Assembly (NCBI GenBank): GCA_041661265.1
Contig: JBAZUT010000003.1
Coordinates: forward strand, 79,191-143,190
DNA from: Minisyncoccota bacterium
Lineage (GTDB): Bacteria > Patescibacteriota > Minisyncoccia > JAHIHE01 > JAGLIN01
Direction of reading: 5' to 3'
Length of the DNA stretch: 64,000 nt
This document shows, piece after piece, positions 43,082-53,490 of the stretch. Positions within the stretch are counted from its first letter, which is position 1. Each line of letters begins with the position of its first letter. A program made the translations under genes and the position numbers. The notes under the pieces were generated by a model. It saw only the letters and a program-made list of their open reading frames with translations, was not told the origin of the DNA and searched no databases.

Positions 43082-43930
43082 ATGAACAAACAATTATCAA
43101 AATTACTTCTCGTGGCGATGTTGTCGCTTGTTATAACTCCAAGCGTACATGCCGGAACCCTGAAAGATATCGACGATAGAGCAAAAGTAAATTATGAGCA
43201 AGCCAGACAGACATATCTTAGCGAAGTCGCAGCCTACAAACAGGCACGGCTGGACCTTCAAACAGCGAAACTAAAATTGGCAAGATTTAAAACAGTTGAG
43301 AACAAGGCCGCCTACAAAAGCTCCGTGCAGAAGTTCCTTTCAAACTCTGTTTCTGCGCTCATCAAATATCTCGAAGCATTGGAAAATAAGGCGTCAAACG
43401 TCCGAGGAATATCAGAGACCGAAAGAGCGGACATAATCGCTTATATCGATGTTGATATAAATTGGCTCAAGGAGAGGCAAACTGCCCTTTCCGGAACGCT
43501 TACGGACGAGCAGCTGAAAAGCGAAGCGATTTTGATCCGCGATTATTGGAAAAATATAAAAACCACTTTCAAAAAAGGAGTTGCGGATATCTGGATCGCA
43601 CGAGTTAATTATGTCATTTCAAGAGCCGAAGAATTATCGACGAAGGTATCGGATAAGATCGAAGAGCTCAAAGCCGAAGGAACAGATACGGCCGAATTAG
43701 AGGGATGGCTGGCCGACCTGAATTCAAGCATAGCATCAGCAAAGGATAAAGTTGCGCTCGCAAAGGAAAAAAGACAGAACATCAGCGATGTTAATTTCGA
43801 TCAGATGGTGGCGGAAATACACAGATTCGTCAAAGATGCGAATCAATATATAGTAAAATCCCATGCCAGCCTCGTAGAGATCGTCCAGGAAATGAAAAAA
43901 ATATCTGGAACGGGAGAAGCCAATCAATAG
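43082..43930 (+). CDS. secreted coiled-coil protein (hypothetical)
   Basis: Signal peptide LLLVAMLSLVITPSVHA. Predicted long helical/coiled-coil stretches. Confidence 0.45.
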   Translation: MNKQLSKLLLVAMLSLVITPSVHAGTLKDIDDRAKVNYEQARQTYLSEVAAYKQARLDLQTAKLKLARFKTVENKAAYKSSVQKFLSNSVSALIKYLEALENKASNVRGISETERADIIAYIDVDINWLKERQTALSGTLTDEQLKSEAILIRDYWKNIKTTFKKGVADIWIARVNYVISRAEELSTKVSDKIEELKAEGTDTAELEGWLADLNSSIASAKDKVALAKEKRQNISDVNFDQMVAEIHRFVKDANQYIVKSHASLVEIVQEMKKISGTGEANQ

Positions 43931-44027
43931 ATGTCACGAAAAACAAAGCACTTCAAATATGCTTTGTTTTTTATTGAATTTAGGTTATAATTTAAAATAT
44001 ATGAGAGGCTGCCTGATAAGTTCATAC

Positions 44028-45590
44028 ATGAATATAAATATACTAAAAAAACTGAAACAATGGAGAGATGAGACTGCAAAGAAAGAAGGCGTTGAAAATT
44101 ACCGCGTGATCCCCAACAGCGCCATCGAGGAAATTGCAAGGTTGCTGCCAAGGTCCAAAGAAGAGCTCACCAACATAAAAGGCATCAAGGATAAAAAGTT
44201 CTATAAATACGGCCGCGACATATTCGACATAATCGGAGATTCAAAAGACGGACTCGGTAATTCAAGGGACGCTTCCGGAAATATATTCTCAAAATTCCTA
44301 TCCGATAATTCAGTTTCCGCAGATCGTTCGACAACTGATCAGGAAAAAATATATTCCGTAAGCAATTATCTTGATTTTCTGAACGAAAAACTTTTCATGT
44401 CGGGACGCATCAGGATCAGAGGAGAGATTACGAGCGTCGATATCAGAGAAAAGGTTGTCTACTTCAGCTTGAAGGACGCAAAAGACGAAAGCGTTATAAA
44501 CTGCCTAATATTCAAGTATAACTACAAGATTTCCGGAATATCACTTGAGCCCGGAGCTGAGGTTGTTATCACCTCGATCCCGGAGATATATAAACCTATG
44601 GGAAGACTGAGCCTGAAAACCAGTCTTATCGAAATAGCAGGCGAGGGGACTCTCAAAAGATCGTATGACGAATTGAAAGCAAAATTGGAAAAAGAAGGAT
44701 TTTTTGCGCCGGAACGCAAGAAACCGATCCCGAAACTTCCTGAAACGATAGGCCTTATAACCTCGAACCAGGGCGCCGCGATCGGTGATTTCATGACGAA
44801 TATCGGAAATTACGGATTTAAAATAAAATTCATAAATACCAGCGTTGAGGGCAAGCAGGCGATCTTTGATCTTCTTAATGCGATCAGAACTGCACGAAAA
44901 ATGGACAACATCGACGTTCTGGCGATCGTCAGAGGCGGAGGAAGCCTGGAGAGCCTTCAGGCATTTAACAATGAAGTTCTTGTCAGGGAATTGCTCACGT
45001 TGGATGTGCCGGTCGTGTGCGGAGTGGGCCATGAAAAAGACATTTCGCTCGTTTCTCTGGCTTCGGATGTTTCAGTTTCGACGCCGACTGCAGCGGCATT
45101 TGCAATACGCGAATCGTGGGATGATGCAATGCGGGAATTCGAATATGCAAAAGATACGATCATGAACTCCTATGGCAAAATACTGTTTGAGAATAAATAT
45201 AATTTTGAGAATAATATACGATATGGGATCCGAGGCGGACTGGATAAGATAGTTGTCACATTCATGGGAATAATATCCGCCATAAGGTCATGCGAACAAA
45301 AAATATCTTCTGCGATCTCGCTGAAGAAGGAACGCATGGATTCTCTCGGAAAAGACATCATCAACGAATATGAAAAGGTCTTGCGACGCTCGGATGAGAT
45401 GATCAGGGCAGCGGAATCTGCTGTCGCTTCAAATGACCCGAAGCGCCAGCTCCGTCTCGGCTATAGCATTTCCTATGCGGGCGGAAAGATCTTGCGCAGC
45501 GTTAAAGATGTTTCAAAAAATGACATCATAAGAACCAGACTATCCGACGGAACAATTGACTCGACAATCAAAGATATAACGGATGATTAA
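44028..45590 (+). CDS. xseA: exodeoxyribonuclease VII large subunit with N-terminal HRDC domain
   Basis: N-terminal ILKKLKQWRDETAKKEGVENYRVIPNSAIEEIARLLPRSKEELTNIKGIKDKKFYKYGRDIFDII is an HRDC fold. It is followed by the XseA OB fold and catalytic core (GLITSNQGAAIGDF, VRGGGSLESLQAFN). Track ORF opens at 43959; ATG at 44028 lies downstream of a TATAAT. Confidence 0.75.
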   Translation: MNINILKKLKQWRDETAKKEGVENYRVIPNSAIEEIARLLPRSKEELTNIKGIKDKKFYKYGRDIFDIIGDSKDGLGNSRDASGNIFSKFLSDNSVSADRSTTDQEKIYSVSNYLDFLNEKLFMSGRIRIRGEITSVDIREKVVYFSLKDAKDESVINCLIFKYNYKISGISLEPGAEVVITSIPEIYKPMGRLSLKTSLIEIAGEGTLKRSYDELKAKLEKEGFFAPERKKPIPKLPETIGLITSNQGAAIGDFMTNIGNYGFKIKFINTSVEGKQAIFDLLNAIRTARKMDNIDVLAIVRGGGSLESLQAFNNEVLVRELLTLDVPVVCGVGHEKDISLVSLASDVSVSTPTAAAFAIRESWDDAMREFEYAKDTIMNSYGKILFENKYNFENNIRYGIRGGLDKIVVTFMGIISAIRSCEQKISSAISLKKERMDSLGKDIINEYEKVLRRSDEMIRAAESAVASNDPKRQLRLGYSISYAGGKILRSVKDVSKNDIIRTRLSDGTIDSTIKDITDD

Positions 45591-45819
45591 TAATTTAAAT
45601 ATTTATATGGAAAAAAATAATTTATCGGAATCTTTGAATAAACTCAATAAGATCGTTCAGTGGTTCGAATCACAGGAAAATATCGACATTGAAAAAGGCC
45701 TTGATAAGGTGAGGGAAGGCATGGCATTGATCAGATCGAGCAAGGAAAAATTCAAAAAGATCGAGAATGAATTCGAAGAGATCAAAAAAGAATTCAGCGA
45801 GATCGAAAAAAGCGAGTAA
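45583..45819 (+). CDS. xseB: exodeoxyribonuclease VII small subunit
   Basis: 78 aa. LNKLNKIVQWFESQENIDIEKGLDKVREGMALIRSSKEKF matches XseB. Overlaps the xseA stop. Confidence 0.8.
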   Translation: MINNLNIYMEKNNLSESLNKLNKIVQWFESQENIDIEKGLDKVREGMALIRSSKEKFKKIENEFEEIKKEFSEIEKSE

Positions 45820-45841
45820 ACCGATTAGCGAGAAACCAGTT

Positions 45842-47023
45842 ATGGCTAAAATACTAAAATTTCCGGATGGATTCAAGTGGGGCGCATCCGTGGCATCGTA
45901 TCAAGTCGAAGGCGATATCAATAATTGCGATTGGTCAGTTGATTTTCCGGCGGGAAAAGCATGCCAATATTATTCGAAATATGAAGCATATTTCGACACT
46001 GCAAAAGAATTGAACCAGAATATCCACAGATTCTCATTGGAATGGTCCCGCATACAGCCCGAAGAGGGAAGATTTGACAGATCCGAGATCGAGCATTGCA
46101 GGAAAGTTCTTATGGCGCTGAGAAAGAGGGGGATCATGTCCATGCTGACCGTCTGGCATCTGACGCTGCCCATCTGGTTCTCGAAAATGGGAGGATGGGA
46201 GAACCCAAGATCAAATGCCTATTTCCAGCAATATTTGAAATTTGCCGCCGAGGAGCTCGGAGATCTTGTGGACTATTGGATCATATTGAATGAACCCGAG
46301 ATTTATATTTCGCTTGCATACTTCCTGGGAAAATTCCCTCCGCAGCGCAGGATGAGTCCGAGATCGTTTTTTGTTTACAAAAATCTTATCAATGCTCACT
46401 GCACAGGATATGATACTATCCATGAAATAATCCCAAATGCAAAGGTCAGCTCAGCGCTGAATCTGACATATGTCGACTCATTTGAAAAGCGATCCACCTT
46501 GAACAACATATCCGCAAAGATCTGGAACAAATTCCGAAATGGATTATTTATAGATAATTTAACCGGAAAGCTGGATTTCATATCCGTTAATTACTATTTT
46601 CACGACAGGATCAGATTGGACATAAGAAGATTTCCGCATATACTCAGCGTCCAAAATGAAAATAAGAACGTTTCCGATATCGGATGGGAAATTTATCCCG
46701 AGGGTATTTATCACGTTTTAATCAACCTGAAACGTTATAATTTACCGGTTTTTATTTCGGAAAACGGACTGGCGGACAAAGAGGATGCCAAGCGGACAAA
46801 ATTCATCATAGAACATCTGAAATTCATCCATAAAGCGATCGGATCGGGAGTGGACGTGAAAGGATATCTGCATTGGTCGCTGATCGATAATTTTGAATGG
46901 ACTTTCGGCTTTACTCCGAGATTCGGCCTCGTAGAAATGAACTATGACACGATGAAGACCAGGATCAGGCCTAGCGCATACGAATATGCAAAGATCTGCA
47001 AGGAAAATGCGCTGGACGTTTGA
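45842..47023 (+). CDS. glycoside hydrolase family 1 (beta-glucosidase-like)
   Basis: FKWGASVASYQVEGD N-terminus, acid/base WIILNEPE, nucleophile ISENG. Start chosen after the xseB stop. Confidence 0.8.
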   Translation: MAKILKFPDGFKWGASVASYQVEGDINNCDWSVDFPAGKACQYYSKYEAYFDTAKELNQNIHRFSLEWSRIQPEEGRFDRSEIEHCRKVLMALRKRGIMSMLTVWHLTLPIWFSKMGGWENPRSNAYFQQYLKFAAEELGDLVDYWIILNEPEIYISLAYFLGKFPPQRRMSPRSFFVYKNLINAHCTGYDTIHEIIPNAKVSSALNLTYVDSFEKRSTLNNISAKIWNKFRNGLFIDNLTGKLDFISVNYYFHDRIRLDIRRFPHILSVQNENKNVSDIGWEIYPEGIYHVLINLKRYNLPVFISENGLADKEDAKRTKFIIEHLKFIHKAIGSGVDVKGYLHWSLIDNFEWTFGFTPRFGLVEMNYDTMKTRIRPSAYEYAKICKENALDV

Positions 47024-47085
47024 AATATATAACATAGGCCTTTATGACCTTGAGCTGAAATTTTATTTTTAAATTTTGATTTATT

Positions 47086-47991
47086 ATGTCTTGGATACTG
47101 ATAACAATATTCGCTCATCTTCTTTCTTCAGTGGCGTACATCTTCGACAAGCACATAGTTACGGACACGAAGCTCAAGCCGATCAGCTATACTTTCTATT
47201 CGGGAATATTCCAGATATCATATATAGCCCTGATCCCATTCGTCGGATTCGTCCTGCCGGAAAATCCCATGATGATCCTGCTCGGAATCGGGGACGGAGC
47301 GCTTTTCATACTTGCTCTCCTTGTATTTTATAAAGGCTTGAAACTGGGAGAAGCTTCCAGGGTAATTCCGGTGGTCGGAGCATCTATCCCCATATTTACA
47401 GCATCGCTTGCATTCATTATACTTAACGAGAACCTTGATCAAAGACAATTATTAGCGTTCGCATTCCTCGTCCTTGGCGGATCATTGATCTCCGCGAAAT
47501 TCAAATCCAGAAAACTGTACGCCATAAAAGGACTTGCACTTGCGATAACTTCCGGATTTCTGTTCGCATTATATTATACGCTGATGAAACTCCTTTATTC
47601 AAATTCTCACTTTGCCAGCGGTTTCATTCTGATACAGATCGGCGGATTCCTGGGGGCACTTCTTCTTGTCTTGATCAAAAAAAACAGGCCGGAGATATTT
47701 TCAATATCGAAGGGAAGTACGAAAAGCTCAACCAGCCTGTTTATCATTGCGAAAGTCGTCGCCGCGGTTGCTGCGCTGATGCTTAATTATGCGATTTCGA
47801 TCGAAGGGAGCAAAATAACCGTGATCAACGCCCTTCAGGCGGTTCAATATATTTTCTTGCTTATTTTCGCCTTCATTCTGGCAAAAAAAATGCCGTCTTT
47901 CCTGAATGAACAATTCTCCAGATCGATCGCGGCGCAAAAGATCGTTTCAGTATTTATCATTGCAATAGGCCTTTACTTCCTAGCTTTTTAA
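47086..47991 (+). CDS. EamA/DMT-superfamily transporter
   Basis: 301 aa, about 10 TM helices in two repeated halves. Confidence 0.6.
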   Translation: MSWILITIFAHLLSSVAYIFDKHIVTDTKLKPISYTFYSGIFQISYIALIPFVGFVLPENPMMILLGIGDGALFILALLVFYKGLKLGEASRVIPVVGASIPIFTASLAFIILNENLDQRQLLAFAFLVLGGSLISAKFKSRKLYAIKGLALAITSGFLFALYYTLMKLLYSNSHFASGFILIQIGGFLGALLLVLIKKNRPEIFSISKGSTKSSTSLFIIAKVVAAVAALMLNYAISIEGSKITVINALQAVQYIFLLIFAFILAKKMPSFLNEQFSRSIAAQKIVSVFIIAIGLYFLAF

Positions 47992-47996
47992 TTTTT

Positions 47997-49010
47997 ATGA
48001 AATTGAGATCCTGGTCACTGAAATTCAAACTGTTTTATGCGGCTATTGTCATTATTCTGATCCTGATAATACTATTTGCAATGCCCCGAAACGGGGGAAA
48101 TGTGACTTACGGAATAACTTATAGCAAGGATTTTGCAATTCATCTCAGCCTTGACTGGAAGGAAACGTACATTGCACTGCTCGATGATCTGGGCGTGAGG
48201 CAATTCAGGATACCGACATACTGGACTGAAACTGAAAGCGTGAAAGATTCATATTTTTTTGACGATATCGACTGGCAAATAAGCGAAGCAAAAAAAAGAA
48301 ATGCGAAGATCATTTTGAATGTGGGCCAAAAACAGCCGCGATGGCCGGAATGCCACATTCCCGACTGGGCGATGGCTCTAGGCGCCGAGAGGCGGCAGGA
48401 AGAACTTCTTGAAATGATCAAACTGACCGTGGACAGATATAAAAACAATGACACGATCTCGAGATGGCAAGTTGAGAATGAACCATATCTTCAGTTCGGC
48501 AATTGTCCCAAATTCGATGAAGATTTCCTCGACAGGGAGATCGCGCTTGTAAAATCCATTGACAATACAAGGCCCGTCATAATATCTGACAGCGGCGAAC
48601 TTGGAACATGGTATGGCGCCGGCAAACGCGCCGATATCCTTGGAACGACGCTATATAGAATAGTTTGGGATAAGTACCTCGGCTATGTGAAATATCCGAT
48701 CTCGTCGCTTGTCTACAGGATCAAGGCGGCGGTCATCATGCTCACCACGGACGTAGACAAGATCATCATCGTAGAGCTGCAGGGGGAGCCTTGGGGCCCG
48801 AAAATGATCATAGAAACGCCCATCGAGGAACAATACAGGTCAATGGGAGTCGATCAATTTAAGAATAATATAGAATTCGTCAAAAAAGTGGAATTCTCGG
48901 AAGCATATCTCTGGGGCGGAGAATGGTGGTATTGGCTGAAAACGAAACATAACGACCCGAGAATATGGGATGAAGCCAGAAACATTTTTCAAAATAATAG
49001 TCAAAAATGA
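47997..49010 (+). CDS. clan GH-A glycoside hydrolase (GH5-like) with N-terminal TM/signal
   Basis: RWQVENEP catalytic acid/base motif. TIM-barrel-like pattern. Confidence 0.5.
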   Translation: MKLRSWSLKFKLFYAAIVIILILIILFAMPRNGGNVTYGITYSKDFAIHLSLDWKETYIALLDDLGVRQFRIPTYWTETESVKDSYFFDDIDWQISEAKKRNAKIILNVGQKQPRWPECHIPDWAMALGAERRQEELLEMIKLTVDRYKNNDTISRWQVENEPYLQFGNCPKFDEDFLDREIALVKSIDNTRPVIISDSGELGTWYGAGKRADILGTTLYRIVWDKYLGYVKYPISSLVYRIKAAVIMLTTDVDKIIIVELQGEPWGPKMIIETPIEEQYRSMGVDQFKNNIEFVKKVEFSEAYLWGGEWWYWLKTKHNDPRIWDEARNIFQNNSQK

Positions 49011-49927
49011 TCAGCATATATAAAAAAACCCTCAAGGATAACCAACTTCTCAGCATCAATGACATCGAGAAAGGATGCTGGATATCAGTGACGGATCCGA
49101 GCAAGAGCGAGCTCGCAGATCTTGAAAGAAAGATGAATCTCGATGCCACCATCATGGAAGACGGCCTCGATGACAATGAAATACCGCGGATCCATCTGGA
49201 AAACGGAACATTTTATCTCATCATCAGGTTTCCAATGGAGGCGGACGGCAATATCATAACAGTGCCTCTTTTGGTTTGCGTTACAAGCGAAAACATCATT
49301 ACAATGTGCAAAAGAGAGAGCAAGGTAATCGCAAAATTCATCGAAACCAAGCTGTCTTTCTGCACTACGCAGAAAACCCAGCTTCTTTTGAAGATCATAC
49401 TTGAAATATTCGGCTGTTATGAGAACTTTCTATCCAGGATACTCAAAGATATCAAGCATAAAAAAATAAAGATCAACAATCTCAACAACAACGACATACT
49501 GTATCTTGTCCAGGAAGAAGAGACGCTGAATGATTTTGAAATGTCGCTGGCTCACAATATAAACGTATTGGAAAAGATATTGAGCGGAAGATATATAACG
49601 CTTTACGAGAAAGACAAAGATATAACCGAGGACCTGTTCATGGACAGCAAGCAGACGCTCGAAATGTCAAAAGTGGCGCTGAAATCGATCAGAAACATCC
49701 GCGAAGCATATTCGACAATACTCTCAAACGAATTGAACAAGGTTATCAAGGTCCTGACCGGGGCGACTATAGTTATAACAATTCCCAATATAGTCGGGAG
49801 CCTGTTCGGAATGAACGTTGCGGTTCCCTTCGCAAATGACAGCCTTGGCTTCTATTATATCCTGCTCATCATTGCCGTTCTTTCGCTACTCATGTATATA
49901 GTGCTTTTCAGGAGAAAGTGGATCTAA
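49007..49927 (+). CDS. corA: CorA-family divalent cation transporter
   Basis: Two C-terminal TM helices with FGMNV (GMN motif) in the connecting loop. 306 aa. Confidence 0.75.
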   Translation: MISIYKKTLKDNQLLSINDIEKGCWISVTDPSKSELADLERKMNLDATIMEDGLDDNEIPRIHLENGTFYLIIRFPMEADGNIITVPLLVCVTSENIITMCKRESKVIAKFIETKLSFCTTQKTQLLLKIILEIFGCYENFLSRILKDIKHKKIKINNLNNNDILYLVQEEETLNDFEMSLAHNINVLEKILSGRYITLYEKDKDITEDLFMDSKQTLEMSKVALKSIRNIREAYSTILSNELNKVIKVLTGATIVITIPNIVGSLFGMNVAVPFANDSLGFYYILLIIAVLSLLMYIVLFRRKWI

Positions 49928-50059
49928 AGCGACACTTTCCGCGATCCTTCGCAATACTTGACTAACATTCGAATTGGATGTATCATACAGTTGTAGTTTG
50001 AAAATACGCATAAATAGCCCTCGGTGAGGCTGTTTTAAATTAGAGAATAATTAAATATA

Positions 50060-50260
50060 TTGCATATGAACATAATTAAAAGCCTGAAAAACTATATAGT
50101 TGACGTGAAAACGGAAACAAGAAAAGTCAGCTGGCCGACAAAAAAAAGAGCCACCAGAGATTCCGCGATCGTTGTTTTTATAAGCGTCGCGATGGCTGTT
50201 TTTTTGGGTGGTGTAGATTATCTTCTGACATATCTCATAGAGACATATATAGTTAAATAG
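50060..50260 (+). CDS. secE: preprotein translocase subunit SecE
   Basis: 66 aa. VKTETRKVSWPTKKRATRDSAIVVFISVAMAVFLGGVDYL. Position upstream of nusG-rplK. Confidence 0.85.
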   Translation: MHMNIIKSLKNYIVDVKTETRKVSWPTKKRATRDSAIVVFISVAMAVFLGGVDYLLTYLIETYIVK

Positions 50261-50291
50261 AACTGACTACTTTAAGTATTAAGAAAATAAT

Positions 50292-50837
50292 ATGCCAAAA
50301 CAAGTTGCTGATTTCGGAAAAAATTGGTATGTACTTCACACTTATTCGGGATATGAAGACAATGTGTGCAGGAATCTGAAACAGAGAATCGAATCGATGG
50401 GCATGGAAGATAAAATATTCAATGTTCTCGTTCCAAAAGAAAAGAAGATCAAGATCAAAAACGGAAAACGAAAAGTCATAGAAGAAAGGATATTTCCCGG
50501 CTATGTGCTCGTTGAAATGATCGTAACGGACGACTCGTGGTATGTGGTAAGAAACACGCCGAACGTTACAGGATTCGTCGGTTCAGGAACAACGCCGACT
50601 CCGATCTCCGATGAAGAAATGACCTCGCTGAAACGCAGAATGGGCGTCAAGGAGCCGAAATATAAGATAGATGTTTCTCAGGGAGACATCGTCAAGGTCA
50701 TCGACGGGCCGTTCAAAGATTTCGACGGAAAAGTCGATGCGATAGATGAAGAAAAAGGAAAGGTTAAAGTGCTGGTTCAGATGTTCGGCAGAGAAACACC
50801 CCTTGAACTGGATTTCCTTCAGATCAAGAGAATATAA
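50292..50837 (+). CDS. nusG: transcription termination/antitermination factor NusG
   Basis: NWYVLHTYSGYEDNV N-terminal NGN domain. C-terminal KOW (GDIVKVIDGPFKDFDGKV). Confidence 0.9.
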   Translation: MPKQVADFGKNWYVLHTYSGYEDNVCRNLKQRIESMGMEDKIFNVLVPKEKKIKIKNGKRKVIEERIFPGYVLVEMIVTDDSWYVVRNTPNVTGFVGSGTTPTPISDEEMTSLKRRMGVKEPKYKIDVSQGDIVKVIDGPFKDFDGKVDAIDEEKGKVKVLVQMFGRETPLELDFLQIKRI

Positions 50838-50871
50838 TAAGTCGTAATAAATATTAACAACAATTAAATAT

Positions 50872-51297
50872 ATGGCAAAAAAAGTTTTAAAACAGATAAA
50901 GCTGCAGATACCGGCGGGAAAAGCGAATCCGGCGCCACCTATCGGCCCGGCATTGGGACAAGCGGGAGTCAATATCCAGGAGTTCTGCTCGAGGTTCAAC
51001 AATGAATCCAAAGATAAGATGGGAGATGTCATACCGACAATCATTACAGTATATGAGGACAGATCTTATACATTTGTCATGAAAACCCCTCCTGCATCAG
51101 GTCTTCTCAAGAAAGCCGCAGGAGTCGAGAAGGGCTCAAAAGAACCCCAGAAAGATAAAGTCGGGAAGATCACAAAGAAACAGCTGGAAGAAATTGCAAA
51201 AGTAAAAATGCAAGATCTGAATGCGAACGATCTCGAGGGTGCAATGAATACGATCGCAGGAACAGCAAGGAGCATGGGGATCAAGATCGAAGAATAA
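50872..51297 (+). CDS. rplK: 50S ribosomal protein L11
   Basis: [31 protein letters not shown]. 141 aa. Confidence 0.92.
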   Translation: MAKKVLKQIKLQIPAGKANPAPPIGPALGQAGVNIQEFCSRFNNESKDKMGDVIPTIITVYEDRSYTFVMKTPPASGLLKKAAGVEKGSKEPQKDKVGKITKKQLEEIAKVKMQDLNANDLEGAMNTIAGTARSMGIKIEE

Positions 51298-51314
51298 CCA
51301 GATTAATCGTAAGC

Positions 51315-51710
51315 ATGGTCATGAAGCCGCTCACAAACAAAGCAAAGGTCATAATACTGCTTATTGCTATTGCGATCATTGCAGTTGCTGTCGTATTTTA
51401 TACAAAGAATACAGCTTCTAAGAATAAGAATGACGCAAAGACGCTCATATCTTATTCAACCAGCAAAAACAGCTCGACGGTTTTTGACGCTCTTACGGAG
51501 TACGGCAAAGCCAATAACATAGAGATAAAATCAAGCATCGACAATCGGTATGGAGTATTTGTTGAAAGCATCGGCGGAATTAAAAACGGAGATGAAGGAA
51601 AATATTGGCAATACTATATCAATAACACGCTTGGCGATGTCGCCGCAGACAAAAAAGCAATAGGCAAGAACGATGTCGTCGAATGGCGATTTGAAAATGT
51701 TCCATTCTAA
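51315..51710 (+). CDS. membrane-anchored DUF4430-like protein
   Basis: N-terminal TM. C-terminal YWQYYINNTLGDVAADKKAIGKNDVVEWRFE resembles DUF4430. Confidence 0.4.
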   Translation: MVMKPLTNKAKVIILLIAIAIIAVAVVFYTKNTASKNKNDAKTLISYSTSKNSSTVFDALTEYGKANNIEIKSSIDNRYGVFVESIGGIKNGDEGKYWQYYINNTLGDVAADKKAIGKNDVVEWRFENVPF

Positions 51711-51721
51711 ATAAAAATAAT

Positions 51722-52294
51722 TTGATCAAAATGCTGAATATCAATGCGAAAACAAAGTTTATCTGTGCAATGATATTGATCGGCTCGGGAGTGACGGGAA
51801 GATTTTTGCTGGTAAGCTATTCCGGGATACCGAACCTTGAAATAATATCGGCACTGTCGCTCATTGCAGGAATATACATCGGCGGTGTTTATGCGGCGAT
51901 CGTTCCTATTTCAATCGTTTTTCTGAGCGATCTTGTTATCGGAAACAACTATATTTTCGTTTTTACATGGACAGCATTTGCGATCATAGGAGTATTCGGT
52001 TCTTTGTTCAAAGATAAATTCAAAAGCATAAAACTCGGCAATTCAATTGCGCTTGCGATATTATCGGCAACATTTTTCTATGTTTATACGAATTTCGGAT
52101 GGTGGCTGATGTCGGGAATGTACGAACACAGCTTGAATGGGTTGATCAGCTGTTATGCCGCAGGTCTGCCGTTTTTCAGAAACAATATTCTAGGTAATCT
52201 GATCTTCGTACCTTCTTTCATATATATGTTCCAGATGCTTTGGAAACATAGCCAAGCCGATATAGCGCTCAAAGCAATCAAGCATTATAACTAA
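51722..52294 (+). CDS. polytopic membrane protein (ECF-S-component-like, tentative)
   Basis: 190 aa with 5-6 TM helices. No specific motif. Confidence 0.4.
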   Translation: MIKMLNINAKTKFICAMILIGSGVTGRFLLVSYSGIPNLEIISALSLIAGIYIGGVYAAIVPISIVFLSDLVIGNNYIFVFTWTAFAIIGVFGSLFKDKFKSIKLGNSIALAILSATFFYVYTNFGWWLMSGMYEHSLNGLISCYAAGLPFFRNNILGNLIFVPSFIYMFQMLWKHSQADIALKAIKHYN

Positions 52295-52694
52295 TTTATT
52301 ATGTAATACGGTCGCAAGGTTGCATTTTGAAAGAAAGACATTATGAGCCTTGAAACCATCCCGAAGCTGAGAATGTTCGGGAATGTAACAAGGAAAAGGC
52401 GCTAATATAAATGTATTAGAAAAAATACGAGGGCAGGAATGAGGAGCTGAAGACGGAAATCAACAGGATCAGAAAATTTGCCGCACTTCCTAAAAACGAG
52501 GCAAAAAAAGCGGAGTGGGAACGCAGTCCCGAGATCATACAGAGAGCATATGATCATCCGCGGGAAGAGAAATGCGATTATGAAACACGCGATATGGACG
52601 GCGATCATTGATGGAAAACAATTAAGTCTTTATTATATAATTAACATCGTGGGAGTGCCTTTAGCGGGTACGATTGAACCACTAATCAAACAAT

Positions 52695-53372
52695 ATGTAC
52701 AAATCAAAACGTTACAGAGAGATCAAAAAAAGAATAGACAGCGATAAGCGATATAGCCTGGACGAAGCGGTAAAGCTTTTGGTGAAAAACGCTACAGCGA
52801 AATTCAACGAAAGCGTGGAAGTCCATGTCAGAACCGGCATCGATCCAAAAATGGCAGATCAGCTTATCAGGGGAACCGTGGTTCTTCCGAACGGAACCGG
52901 CAAAGAAAAGAAAATAGCTGTGTTCGCCGAAGGGGAAAAGGCAATGGAAGCAAAACAGGCCGGAGCCGACCTGGTCGGAGGCCAGGATCTGATCGACAAG
53001 ATCAAACAGACCAAAGAAACCAATTTCGATATTTCAGTCGCAACGCCGGATATAATGAAAAAAATGGCTGTAATTGCAAAGGTCCTTGGACCGAAAGGGC
53101 TTATGCCTTCTCCGAAGACCGATACAGTCACATTCGACATCAAAAAGACGGTTGAACAGCTCAAAAAGGGCAAGATCAGCTTCAAGAACGACGATACGGG
53201 CAATATCCATCAGCTTGTCGGAAAAATATCATTCGGCGACGAGAAACTGAAGGAAAATATCGCATTCTATATCCAGGCTATCAGAGAAGCCAGACCGGCG
53301 GGAGTTAAGGGAGAATACATCAAAGATATTATCATAACCTCAACTATGGGCGCAGGCATTAAAGTAAGCTAA
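52695..53372 (+). CDS. rplA: 50S ribosomal protein L1
   Basis: RYSLDEAVKLLVKNATAKFNESVEVHVRTGIDPK...TVVLPNGTGK. 225 aa. Confidence 0.92.
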   Translation: MYKSKRYREIKKRIDSDKRYSLDEAVKLLVKNATAKFNESVEVHVRTGIDPKMADQLIRGTVVLPNGTGKEKKIAVFAEGEKAMEAKQAGADLVGGQDLIDKIKQTKETNFDISVATPDIMKKMAVIAKVLGPKGLMPSPKTDTVTFDIKKTVEQLKKGKISFKNDDTGNIHQLVGKISFGDEKLKENIAFYIQAIREARPAGVKGEYIKDIIITSTMGAGIKVS

Positions 53373-53490
53373 CTGAAATTGTTTTTTTATAGACATATTT
53401 CAAAAGAAACCGACAACATTAATCATTTGTCGGTTTCTATATAGACCGCAGCAGGTGATCCGATTAATCAAGGTAATATAAGTTTTCAAA

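Noticed and set aside
45640-45670. GGTTCGAATCAC string resembling a tRNA T-loop
   Set aside because: It lies inside the xseB coding sequence (IVQWFESQEN). Flanking bases do not form a T-stem or acceptor stem.
52300-52690. RNase P RNA or SRP RNA in the GC-rich rplA leader
   Set aside because: None of the conserved RNase P (GGAAAGTCCGGGC, ACAGAA.CCGGCTTA) or SRP domain IV (GGAAGCAGCC) strings are present. Left as an unassigned leader.
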